Position numbers and translations under genes: made by a program | Shown here: one piece after another, positions 10,775 through 19,502 of the stretch | How positions within the stretch are numbered: position 1 is the stretch's first letter | Layout of the letters: each line of letters begins with the position of its first letter | DNA from: Candidatus Omnitrophota bacterium | GTDB lineage: Bacteria > Omnitrophota > Omnitrophia > Omnitrophales > Aquincolibacteriaceae | Direction of reading: 5' to 3' | DNA length: 64,000 nucleotides | NCBI GenBank assembly: GCA_903856085.1 | Contig: CAIOAT010000013.1 | Location: 167,430 to 231,429, forward strand | Notes under the pieces: model-generated | Database searches by the model: none | The model's input: the letters and a program-made list of their open reading frames with translations, nothing else | What the model was told of the DNA's origin: nothing

Positions 10775-12025
10775 TTATCTTTTCGTGCTCGTAGCTAATT
10801 CTTCGATCGTTTTGGCTCCTGAAGTAACCCTGGGGAAATCCGTGATGCCAAGCGCTTGAGCGATTTTCCGGGAAACGTCCACATGATGCTCTACCCCGGT
10901 GAAGGCAAGAGAGCCCGGTCCAAAGGCATAAAGCATCACAGGCGTCGGCGTATGGTATTTTGTCGTCCAAGTCACTTCCATATCTTTGCCGGACAGTTTG
11001 CCGTCAATGAGAACCAGCCCGCCGGTTTCATGGTCAGCGATCACGATTACAAGCGTTAAACCGTCTTTCTCGGCAAATTCCATGGCCGTTTTAACCGCCA
11101 TATCAAAAAGCAAGGTCTGCCGGACAACCTCGCCGGAGTCGTGCTTGTGTCCTGCAAAATCGATCTCGCTTCCCTCGACCATCAGGAAAAATCCTTTTTT
11201 ATTTTTCGCGAGGATTTCTATCGCCTTGGCCGTCATCGAAGCCAACGAAGGTTCCGGAGGAAGGGTCGTCAGCGCGTCATTCTCGAACAAACCCAAGAGT
11301 TTTGATTCTTTCGCGACCGCCAATTCTTCGGCATTACGCGGAATGCCATAACCCAGGGCTTCTAATTCAGCGATGAGATCACGGCCATCTTTGCGTTTTC
11401 CTCCGGGGACCGATTCGGGGATCCAATAACTTCTCCCTCCGCCCAAAAGAATGTCCGTGCCGCTTTTTCTCATATCAAGCGCAATGTCGATCTCATCTCT
11501 GCGGCTAGGAACATGGGCAACGAATCCGGCCGGCGTTGCGTCCGTGATCGATGAAGTAACGACCAGTCCCGTAGCCATTCCTTTTTGTTTGGCAGCCTCG
11601 GACAAAGTAAGGACACGTCCGCCTTCCGGCGAAAGACCGATCACTCCTTTTTTAGTCCTGACTCCCCCAGCAAGAGCGGTTGAGGCAGCGGCCGAGTCCG
11701 TTACAAGCGTGTCGGAAGCATTCGTCCAGACAATTCCGGTCACTGGAAGTCTTTCCAAATGGAGTTTTCCTACTGCCCCTCCTGCGATCAGATGAGCAAG
11801 CGTGGTTTCGGAAAGGCCCATTCCGTCACCGATAAGAAGAATCACATTGCGTATCGGCCCCGCAGTATTGGAATTAGAGTACGGCTCAGTCGATTCCGGA
11901 GGTGTATAGTAGGAAGTGTCGATCTCCCCGAGCTTTTGAACCGCTTCTTGCGCCAAAACAATTCGCCCGAAAAAAAATACCAACGCCAGCAAAGCCGCCG
12001 CAGCTCTTTGCCTTCTAATTCGCAT
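10775..12025 (-). CDS. Alkaline phosphatase (PhoA family), secreted
   Basis: A signal peptide (MRIRRQRAAAALLALVFFFGRIVLA) and the GDGMG active-site region of alkaline phosphatases. The ATG at 12025 is preferred over the GTG one codon upstream. Confidence 0.8.
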   Translation of the reverse strand: MRIRRQRAAAALLALVFFFGRIVLAQEAVQKLGEIDTSYYTPPESTEPYSNSNTAGPIRNVILLIGDGMGLSETTLAHLIAGGAVGKLHLERLPVTGIVWTNASDTLVTDSAAASTALAGGVRTKKGVIGLSPEGGRVLTLSEAAKQKGMATGLVVTSSITDATPAGFVAHVPSRRDEIDIALDMRKSGTDILLGGGRSYWIPESVPGGKRKDGRDLIAELEALGYGIPRNAEELAVAKESKLLGLFENDALTTLPPEPSLASMTAKAIEILAKNKKGFFLMVEGSEIDFAGHKHDSGEVVRQTLLFDMAVKTAMEFAEKDGLTLVIVIADHETGGLVLIDGKLSGKDMEVTWTTKYHTPTPVMLYAFGPGSLAFTGVEHHVDVSRKIAQALGITDFPRVTSGAKTIEELATSTKR

Positions 12026-12060
12026 CACGGATTTCTTCCGAGTGGAACGAAATAATCATT

Positions 12061-12639
12061 TTATATTTTTACTTTTCCGGATAGACCGAATTTTAAGGCT
12101 TCGGGATAGAGTTCGTATTCGACCTGATGGATGCGAGCTTCAAGAATTTCGAGCGTGTCATCAGGAAGAATCGGGACTTTGCGCTGTAAAATGACGGGGC
12201 CAGTATCCACCCCGGGGTCGACGAAATGAACCGTCACGCCGGTCTCTTTGGCTTTCGCGTCCCAAGCATCCTTGATCGCGTGAGCCCCCGGAAACTTCGG
12301 AAGAAGCGCGGGATGAATATTAATAAGCCGTCCGTAGTATTTTTTCACGAAACCTTCCGTGAGAACGCGCATGAACCCGGCCAGCACGACGAAATCAACC
12401 TTATGGGATTCCAGGCATTCCTCAAGAGCCTTGTCAAAAGCCGCCCGCTCTGCGTACGCCTTGTGATCGATCACAACCGTTTTCACACCAAGAGCGGCCG
12501 CCTTTTCAAGCGCCGTCACACCGGGTTTATTAGAGATAACAAGCGCCGGAATCGCGAGGATCTCACCCGCCTGGATCCGTTTGATCAGATTCTCTGCGTT
12601 TGTTCCGCTGCCGGACACTAAAAAAGCGATACGTTTCAT
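12061..12639 (-). CDS. purN: Phosphoribosylglycinamide formyltransferase
   Basis: 192 aa beginning MKRIAFLVSGSGTNAENLI, with the NIHPALLP and HFVDPGVDTGPVI motifs. Confidence 0.9.
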   Translation of the reverse strand: MKRIAFLVSGSGTNAENLIKRIQAGEILAIPALVISNKPGVTALEKAAALGVKTVVIDHKAYAERAAFDKALEECLESHKVDFVVLAGFMRVLTEGFVKKYYGRLINIHPALLPKFPGAHAIKDAWDAKAKETGVTVHFVDPGVDTGPVILQRKVPILPDDTLEILEARIHQVEYELYPEALKFGLSGKVKI

Positions 12640-13334
12640 TGGAGGCTCCTTTTCGGCAAAACGCTTTTTCGGTCCTTCCCTGAAATCAAAACCACCATCT
12701 CACCTTTACGAGGTTTTTGCGTCATATCCCGGATGAGTTCGGACAGGTTCCCGCGCAAGACCTCTTCGAATTTTTTTGTGAGTTCACGCGCAACCGCAGC
12801 TTCACGATCCCCCAAAACCTCCATCGCATCCTGAAGCATTTTCACGATCCTAAAGGGGGATTCAAAAAAAATGAGCGTTTCTTCCCGGTCCGCAAGCGCT
12901 TGAAGCTCATGCCTGCGCCGTTGTCCTTTATTTGAAAGAAAACCAAAAAAACTAAAACTGTCCGTTGGAAGACCGCATAAGACAAGCGCCATCGTCACCG
13001 CCGACGGCCCCGGCAAGACTTCCAGGGGCAACTGCTCCGCAAGCACCGCGTGGACGACCTGAAACCCCGGATCCGACACGAGCGGCATCCCACCGTCTGA
13101 GACCAGCGCAATCCGCTTTCCTTCTCTTAGAAGCGCAACAATGCCCGCGGCTTTTTGCGCGGAGCTGTGCTCGTGATAACTAACCAGCGGTTTTGTGATC
13201 GCGTAATGCTGGAGGAGTTTCTGCGTCTGACGCGTATCCTCACAAACGATGATATCCGCCTGCTTCAATGCTTCCAGCGCCCTGAGCGTAACATCGGAGA
13301 GATTACCGATCGGTGTCGGAACAATGGTCAACAT
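12636..13334 (-). CDS. rsmI: 16S rRNA (cytidine1402-2'-O)-methyltransferase
   Basis: LTIVPTPIGNLSDVTLRALEALKQADIIVCEDTR is the tetrapyrrole-methylase-like RsmI N-terminus. Confidence 0.85.
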   Translation of the reverse strand: MLTIVPTPIGNLSDVTLRALEALKQADIIVCEDTRQTQKLLQHYAITKPLVSYHEHSSAQKAAGIVALLREGKRIALVSDGGMPLVSDPGFQVVHAVLAEQLPLEVLPGPSAVTMALVLCGLPTDSFSFFGFLSNKGQRRRHELQALADREETLIFFESPFRIVKMLQDAMEVLGDREAAVARELTKKFEEVLRGNLSELIRDMTQKPRKGEMVVLISGKDRKSVLPKRSLQ

Positions 13335-13340
13335 GGACCC

Positions 13341-14348
13341 TCAGCGATTCCGTTCAAGCACACAATCTGCAAGCTGTGCAAGACTTGTTCTGAAAACGGA
13401 TGGTGGGAAAACCTCAAGTTCGCGTTTGGCCAAAGCCATAAACGCTTTCGCCTTAGCCAGCGCGTAAGCCAGGGCCCCGCTTTTTTCGAGTGTCTCCCGG
13501 AGCATGGAAAACCGTCTGCTTTGACTTCGCGAATAAAGAATGCGAACGACTTTGTCCCTCTCTCCCGACGCAAGACAATGGATCACAGGGAGTGTGTAAA
13601 CCCCTTCTTCCAGGTCGGAGCCCAGGGTCTTGCCGAATTCACTCTCTTCGCCGGAGAAATCCAGAGAGTCATCCGTGATCTGGAACGCCATCCCAAAAAA
13701 TTTCCCGAACCGTCTGAGCGCCTCGGATTTCTCGGGTTCGATCCCCCAAATGAGCGCCCCGGTCTCGATCGCGCACGCGAGAAGCGATGCCGTTTTCTTG
13801 CCAATGATCTCGAGATGGGTCTCTTCGGTCATATTGATATTTTTCTTTTCACTAATTTCTTGAACTTCTCCTTCGCAGATCTCTCCGGCGGTCTTTAGGA
13901 AAAGCGGAACGATCCGGTCATTGCCATAGCGAAAGATCGTCACGATAGCACGGTCATGAAAGTAATCCCCCGCAAGAACGGCCGCTTGCGGTCCTGATTT
14001 AATGTGAAGGGCTGCGACGCCTCGCCTGAGCGGAGCAGAATCAATAATATCGTCATGAATGAGTGTCGCGGCGTGGAAGATTTCGGTAGCCGCGGCAAGA
14101 TAAAGTTCCGCAGTCTCGTTGCGTTCCGACGGGATTCCCCGCCCCGGCTGTAGGGACCTTGAAAGACCGGCGCCTAGCAGAATCAAGGCAGGCCGCAGGA
14201 GCTTTCCGTTCTTCGAAAAAAAATGGTCGACCATTTCGCGCATCTTGAGGATGGGTGTGTCAAGCGTCTCCCGGATAAGCGGTGGGACCCGGCTGAGGCC
14301 GGCCTGAACGGGAGCGTAGATGTCTTCAAGGGTTAGGGTGGTTTTCAT
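13341..14348 (-). CDS. Polyprenyl diphosphate synthase (trans-isoprenyl diphosphate synthase, IspB-like)
   Basis: Two aspartate-rich motifs are present, LIHDDIID and FQITDDSLD. Confidence 0.85.
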   Translation of the reverse strand: MKTTLTLEDIYAPVQAGLSRVPPLIRETLDTPILKMREMVDHFFSKNGKLLRPALILLGAGLSRSLQPGRGIPSERNETAELYLAAATEIFHAATLIHDDIIDSAPLRRGVAALHIKSGPQAAVLAGDYFHDRAIVTIFRYGNDRIVPLFLKTAGEICEGEVQEISEKKNINMTEETHLEIIGKKTASLLACAIETGALIWGIEPEKSEALRRFGKFFGMAFQITDDSLDFSGEESEFGKTLGSDLEEGVYTLPVIHCLASGERDKVVRILYSRSQSRRFSMLRETLEKSGALAYALAKAKAFMALAKRELEVFPPSVFRTSLAQLADCVLERNR

Positions 14349-14350
14349 AG

Positions 14351-14370
14351 AGGGCGGTATTATACAACAA
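14351..14370 (-). promoter_or_regulatory. 20-nt motif TTGTTGTATAATACCGCCCT immediately 5' of the polyprenyl synthase ATG; putative -10 element of a leaderless or near-leaderless transcript
   Basis: The same 20-mer recurs before the surA-like ATG. TATAAT (plus 14364-14359) lies 10 nt before the ATG and there is no SD. Confidence 0.4.
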
Positions 14371-14444
14371 ACAGACGTCCGCGGGAAACGAGGAACGGAT
14401 CAGCGCGTTCCCTGTAGCTCGTGTGTTACGGCCCGTGGTGTAAA

Positions 14445-15383
14445 TTATTCGGGCTTTTCTTCGAGGGCCTGGGCAAGGGTTATGAACTGCTCAAGAGAAA
14501 GGGTTTCACCACGAACTTTGGAAGAAAAACCGCTCTCTTCGAAAATGCGCTCGAGATCTTCACGTCCTCGCTCCTGCTTGAAATGATGTGCCAGTAACGA
14601 TAAAAGAGTTTTGCGGCGTTGGCTGAACGCGACCCGGATGATCTCAAGAAGAAATTTCTCACGCCCCGTTTTGAGAGGGTCGCGGTCTTCATACGGATCA
14701 CTGCCTGCAAGGCGACGATGGGGACTGCCTAGACTAGCATTTTGAAAAAGAGGGGAAAAGTTTTGTCGGAAAACGTACCCCACGACTCTCGAAGTCACTT
14801 CCGGCGGCGGAAGAAAACACTTCGGTGAAACGTCAAAAAGGAACTCCGTTTCTCCGTAGAACCGGCTCGTGACACTCAAACGTCCATAGTCCTCATCCCC
14901 CGCTTGCGCAGTCAGCCGCGCGGCCACTTCTTTTTGGAGCATGAGCACGGCCTTTGAAAAAACTTTTGCGTGGTCGATCAGATGAAAAAGAATGGGCGTG
15001 CTGATGTAGTAGGGTAGATTCCCGATCACCTTTACCTTAACGCCGGGGCCGGCCCATGGCCGGATCAGTTTTGAGAGATCGCTTTTCAGAATATCGCCCT
15101 GGATTAATTTGAAGCGATCGGGATATTCCGACAAAAGTTCTTGGGTCAGGATCTCGACAAATTTCTTGTCCGTCTCCACCGCCAGCAACGGAAACCCTCG
15201 CCGCAAAACCTCCTGCGTCACCGCCCCCAATCCCGGCCCAATTTCAAAAACATGTTCACCCTCTTGAAGGTCCAGCGCATCCACGATCTTGCGGATCGTA
15301 TTGGGATCCATCAGGAGATGCTGACCCAGATGGCCGCGGATCCGAAGAGCGTATTTCTTTAGCAGTTCTATCTGTGTGAGCAT
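14445..15383 (-). CDS. rsmA: 16S rRNA (adenine1518/1519-N6)-dimethyltransferase
   Basis: The SAM-binding GQHLLMD...EIGPGLGAVT and NLPYYISTPI motifs are present, alongside an unusual roughly 30-aa insertion (QNASLGSPHRRLAGSDPYEDRDPLK). Confidence 0.85.
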   Translation of the reverse strand: MLTQIELLKKYALRIRGHLGQHLLMDPNTIRKIVDALDLQEGEHVFEIGPGLGAVTQEVLRRGFPLLAVETDKKFVEILTQELLSEYPDRFKLIQGDILKSDLSKLIRPWAGPGVKVKVIGNLPYYISTPILFHLIDHAKVFSKAVLMLQKEVAARLTAQAGDEDYGRLSVTSRFYGETEFLFDVSPKCFLPPPEVTSRVVGYVFRQNFSPLFQNASLGSPHRRLAGSDPYEDRDPLKTGREKFLLEIIRVAFSQRRKTLLSLLAHHFKQERGREDLERIFEESGFSSKVRGETLSLEQFITLAQALEEKPE

Positions 15384-16384
15384 TTCGCAAGAACAGCTTT
15401 CTTGGCAAGGCGGAGTGCCGCAAGCATGGAAGAAGGATCGGCTTTGCCTTGATACGCAATATCAAAGGCCGTTCCATGATCCGGCGAAGTGCGGATATAC
15501 GGAAGCCCGAGGGTTACGTTCACACCGTCGTGGAACGCGACCAGTTTGAACGGCGCGAGCGCCTGATCATGGTACATACCGATCACCGCATCGTATTGGC
15601 CGTGATAAGCCGCGTGAAAGAGAAGGTCGGCAGAGAGTGGCCCCACAGCATCGATCCCCTTGCGGCAAGCCGCGCGAACTGCGGGTTCAATCACTTTCAC
15701 CTCTTCATCCCCAGATTCTTTTCCATGAGGATTCAAGGCGCAGACAGCAATTCTTGGCTTTTTGATCCCGAAACCGCGCTTGAGCATTTCACTCGTGAGA
15801 ACGATCTTTTCGAGTATGGATTTCGCCGTGAGCAAATGACTTACTTTCTTAAGCGATACATGGATGGTCGCAAGCGTCACATTAAGACGCGGGCTCACAA
15901 ACATCATGGCAAATCGCCGCACCCTGGATCTTTGCGCAAGATATTCCGTGTGCCCGATAAATTTTTTATCCACGAGCCGGATCGCGGTCTTGTTCACCGG
16001 CGCGGTCACGATTGCGTCTACGATCCCTTGCTTGGCCCAAGACGCTGCCTTTTCGATCGCCGAAAGCGCAAGGCGCCCGTTTTCGCGAGACAGCTTCCCT
16101 ATTTTGAATGTCTCGCAACCCCGGAGCCCTGAGGAAACATCGAAAAAATAAATATTCCCAGCACGAAGGGATCCTGGAAGAACGGTGTGAACCGTTTTAA
16201 ACGAAAGCCAGAGGCCAGTTTTTTGACAGAGTGTTTTAAACACTTCTCGGGATCCTATCAAGAGATAGGCCGAACGCTTGGAGGGTTTTTCTTTTTGAAG
16301 GGCCTTCACGAGGATCTCGGGACCAATACCGCCCGGATCGCCCATCGTAAGGGCAATAACAGGATCATGGGACATATTTTTCAT
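15368..16384 (-). CDS. pdxA: 4-hydroxythreonine-4-phosphate dehydrogenase
   Basis: 338 aa beginning IALTMGDPGGIGPEI, with HTEYL and other PdxA motifs. It overlaps the ksgA start, in the conserved surA-pdxA-ksgA arrangement. Confidence 0.9.
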   Translation of the reverse strand: MKNMSHDPVIALTMGDPGGIGPEILVKALQKEKPSKRSAYLLIGSREVFKTLCQKTGLWLSFKTVHTVLPGSLRAGNIYFFDVSSGLRGCETFKIGKLSRENGRLALSAIEKAASWAKQGIVDAIVTAPVNKTAIRLVDKKFIGHTEYLAQRSRVRRFAMMFVSPRLNVTLATIHVSLKKVSHLLTAKSILEKIVLTSEMLKRGFGIKKPRIAVCALNPHGKESGDEEVKVIEPAVRAACRKGIDAVGPLSADLLFHAAYHGQYDAVIGMYHDQALAPFKLVAFHDGVNVTLGLPYIRTSPDHGTAFDIAYQGKADPSSMLAALRLAKKAVLAKCSHR

Positions 16385-16428
16385 TCCTATTGGGAAGAAG
16401 ACGGCCTTATCAAAATGGCAAGGCGTCC

Positions 16429-17400
16429 TTACTTGATGGAGATATACGCCGCCTTTTTAACCTCTTCCACCCAGTCGTGAAATCTTGCGTTGCTTTTCTC
16501 CTGGAAGAGGTATCCCGATACCTGGTCTTTCACTTCTTCAAAGGTCCGGACTTTCTCTGGCTCTTTGGCTTCGATGCGGAAGATGTGATACCCAATGGGC
16601 GTCTCCACGATCCCAGTCAGCTGCCCCACGGGCGTTTTAAAGATCACCTCATCGACAGATTCGATCATAGCGCCGCGTTCGATCCAATCCCCAAGGCCTT
16701 CCTGCTTTGCGAGACTGTCCTCGGAAAAATCCTTCACGATCTGATCGAAATTGTGATAGAGCCGGATCTTTTGCTCCAAAAGCTCGATCCGCTGCCGCGC
16801 CTTTTCATCCGTAAGCCCCTTGGAGCGAGCCTCCTCGCTTTTTTTGATCGTGAGCGATCGCGCCCTAACGCGTGCTTTCGTTGTAAACTTTTCAGGATTG
16901 TTCTTATAGAAATCCGCCACCTCCGTCGGAGACACGATCACCTTCGAACGGATCTCACGATCTTGAAGCTGACGGATCATCGCCTGCTTCTTGAGCCTCT
17001 CGCGCAGAGCTTTCATCGTAAGGCCTTCTCGCTCCAGCATCTCGTCCAAGTCTTCGGGTTTTTCCATCTTCGACTTGAACGTCTGGAACTCCTTGTCCAC
17101 ATCTTCGTCCTTGACCTCAATCCCCATCTGGACCGCTTCTTGGTACACAAGCTTGTCCTCGATCATCTGGCTCAGGATCTTTTGACGAACATCGTTAATC
17201 GCTTTCATTAACTCAGCACCGCTGTATTCCTTGCTGTATTGCTCATAGATCGGCCGGAGGAATGTATCCAGTTCGGCCTGGGTGATGACCTCGTCATTGA
17301 CCACGGCCACCACGCGATCGAGCAATTCCTGCTCCGCCGCGCGGGCAAGCGGCACGAATAAGGGCAGAACTAATAGGACGAGAATAATGAGTTTTTTCAT
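16429..17400 (-). CDS. surA: SurA-like periplasmic chaperone / PPIC-type peptidyl-prolyl isomerase
   Basis: A signal peptide, a SurA N-terminal chaperone-like region and a C-terminal parvulin (PPIC) domain, in the conserved position upstream of pdxA. Confidence 0.75.
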   Translation of the reverse strand: MKKLIILVLLVLPLFVPLARAAEQELLDRVVAVVNDEVITQAELDTFLRPIYEQYSKEYSGAELMKAINDVRQKILSQMIEDKLVYQEAVQMGIEVKDEDVDKEFQTFKSKMEKPEDLDEMLEREGLTMKALRERLKKQAMIRQLQDREIRSKVIVSPTEVADFYKNNPEKFTTKARVRARSLTIKKSEEARSKGLTDEKARQRIELLEQKIRLYHNFDQIVKDFSEDSLAKQEGLGDWIERGAMIESVDEVIFKTPVGQLTGIVETPIGYHIFRIEAKEPEKVRTFEEVKDQVSGYLFQEKSNARFHDWVEEVKKAAYISIK

Positions 17401-17420
17401 AGGGCGGTATTATACAACAA
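17401..17420 (-). promoter_or_regulatory. Second copy of the 20-nt motif TTGTTGTATAATACCGCCCT, abutting the surA-like ATG; putative leaderless promoter -10
   Basis: Identical 20-mer. TATAAT (plus 17414-17409) lies 8 nt before the ATG and there is no SD. Confidence 0.4.
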
Positions 17421-17544
17421 TTCAGACCTCAGACTACAGCCTTCAAAGCAAAAAAAGGTGTGCTCCGACGGTGAAAAGGCACTGTATCTCAAATAGACCT
17501 CGCGTCGTACGCAAGACGCTTTACGCCGTACTCGAAAAACGCCC

Positions 17545-19434
17545 TTAGCCATTTTTTACCTCCTCCACCGCTTTCTTGAGCATCCGGCAATAAAGGTCAA
17601 AGCCCACGGCCTGAATGAAACCGCTTTGTTCATGTCCCAAGAGATTCCCGGCACCGCGGATCTCAAGATCCTCCATCGCGATCTTAAAACCCGACCCCAG
17701 CTGAGTGAATTTCTCGATGGCGTGGAGCCTCTTTTGGGCGTCCTGCGTCATCACCCAGTCCTTGGGGATCAAAAAATACGCATAGGCCTGCCGCTTTTCT
17801 TTGAAACGTCCCACGCGGCCGCGCAGTTGATAAAGGTCTGCAAGACCAAAACAATCGGCCCGATCCACAATGAGCGTGTTGACATTCGGGATATCGATCC
17901 CGGACTCCACAATGCAGGTCGAAATAAGACAATCGATCTCGCCTTTGAGAAATGCTTTCATCGCAGCTTCCAGCATATCAACTTGCATCTGTCCGTGCAT
18001 GACCCCGAATCGCACGCCGGGAAGGAGTTTTTGCATCCTTTCATGGACCCGTTCGATCGACTGCACGCGGTTGTGCACGAAATAAACCTGCCCTTTTCGC
18101 GCCAATTCCCGCTCGATCGCCTGCTTGATGATATTTTCGTGGTACTCGATAACAAAGGTCTCGACCGGCATCCGGTTTTTCGGCGGCGTATCGATCACCG
18201 ACATATCGCGTACGCCGAGAAGTGCCATATGAAGCGTCCTCGGGATAGGCGTAGCCGTAAGCGTGAGAACATCCACTTGCGTTCGCATCTGCTTGAGCTT
18301 TTCTTTGTGCCGCACACCGAAGCGTTGCTCCTCATCAATGATGACAAGACCGAGATCTTTGAACAAGATATCCTTGGAAAGCAGGCGGTGCGTGCCGATC
18401 ACGACGTCCGTCGCGCCTTTTTGAAGGGACCTGGCGATCATCTTTTGATCTTTCGGCGATTGGAATCTTGAGAGAAGCTCGACTGTGATTGGAAAATTTT
18501 TCGCGCGTTCTTTCAACAGAATGTAATGCTGTTCGGCAAGGATCGTGGTCGGCACCAGAAACGCCACCTGTTTGCCTCCCATCACACCCTTAAATGCAGC
18601 GCGCATTGCAACCTCGGTCTTACCGTAGCCCACATCCCCGCAAAGCAGACGATCCATCGGCCCTGTGGATTCCATATCCCGTTTCACTTCTTCGATTGCA
18701 CGTTTTTGACCGGATGTTTCTTCAAAAGGGAATTCTTCCTCGAACTGTTTTTGCCACGGCACATCCTTAGGAAACGCCAACCCCTGCAAGAGGCTGCGCT
18801 TGGCCTGGATCTCGAGAAGATCTTTTGCGACTCTATAGAGAGCGGTCCTCGTCCGGTGCTTGATCCGCTCCCATTCCTGGGTATTGAGCTTGGTGAGTTT
18901 CGGCCCAATACCGGAACCACCGATGTAACGCTCCACAGGCTCTTCGATGGAAAGATAAAGAATCTCGCTCGCAGCGTATTCGATCGCCATGCAGCGAGTA
19001 CGTTTCCCCTGCATTTGGATGACTTTGGTGCCGAGAAAACGACCGATCCCGTACTTGAGATGTACCACCAGATCGCCTCGCTCGAGGTCCCGGGTACCTG
19101 CCACGGGCTCGAAGGTCTCAAGGCGCTCCTCCATGCGACGAAGTTTTTTCCGGAACATGTCGGAGACCTGGATGAGAAATACTTCTTCAAAGGTCGCCAT
19201 GCTCTCGCCTGAGGCAAGCGAGAAATCACGGATCTGGATGGGTATGTCCCCTTGGAACTGAACGCGAACCGGAAGTCGGTAGGTCACGGGATAAATATCA
19301 ACCACTCCGCCACGCACGGCAAATTCTCCGGGCAGGGCGACATATTCTTTTTTCTGGTAGTGGAGCCCGGTGAGAAGCTCCTCGAGCTGCTCAATCCCGA
19401 TCTGGGCGTTGATCCTAAGACGTCGAATCTCCAT
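17545..19434 (-). CDS. mfd: Transcription-repair coupling factor, compact form
   Basis: A CarD/TRCF RNAP-interaction motif ([18 protein letters not shown]) and SF2 translocase motifs ([32 protein letters not shown]) are present. At 629 aa it is far shorter than the roughly 1150-aa canonical Mfd. Confidence 0.8.
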   Translation of the reverse strand: MEIRRLRINAQIGIEQLEELLTGLHYQKKEYVALPGEFAVRGGVVDIYPVTYRLPVRVQFQGDIPIQIRDFSLASGESMATFEEVFLIQVSDMFRKKLRRMEERLETFEPVAGTRDLERGDLVVHLKYGIGRFLGTKVIQMQGKRTRCMAIEYAASEILYLSIEEPVERYIGGSGIGPKLTKLNTQEWERIKHRTRTALYRVAKDLLEIQAKRSLLQGLAFPKDVPWQKQFEEEFPFEETSGQKRAIEEVKRDMESTGPMDRLLCGDVGYGKTEVAMRAAFKGVMGGKQVAFLVPTTILAEQHYILLKERAKNFPITVELLSRFQSPKDQKMIARSLQKGATDVVIGTHRLLSKDILFKDLGLVIIDEEQRFGVRHKEKLKQMRTQVDVLTLTATPIPRTLHMALLGVRDMSVIDTPPKNRMPVETFVIEYHENIIKQAIERELARKGQVYFVHNRVQSIERVHERMQKLLPGVRFGVMHGQMQVDMLEAAMKAFLKGEIDCLISTCIVESGIDIPNVNTLIVDRADCFGLADLYQLRGRVGRFKEKRQAYAYFLIPKDWVMTQDAQKRLHAIEKFTQLGSGFKIAMEDLEIRGAGNLLGHEQSGFIQAVGFDLYCRMLKKAVEEVKNG

Positions 19435-19443
19435 AAGGGGGAT

Positions 19444-19452
19444 ATTTTAGCA
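19444..19452 (-). promoter_or_regulatory. Extended -10 element TGCTAAAAT, 9 nt upstream of the mfd ATG (leaderless-type)
   Basis: Minus strand reads TGCTAAAAT-ATCCCCCTT-ATG with no SD. Confidence 0.35.
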
Positions 19453-19502
19453 CAAAGTGAGCTTGTTGATTTTTCAAGAAAAACGATTATGTAACGCGGA
19501 AG

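Noticed and set aside
17450-17485. Putative intrinsic terminator after mfd (GTGC...GCAC stem plus U7 on the minus strand)
   Set aside because: The stem is only 4 bp, which is too weak to call. The spacer is more likely just the surA-like gene's 3' region followed by the leaderless promoter of the next operon. Wait, corrected orientation: it lies between the mfd stop and the surA-like start, and remains uncertain.
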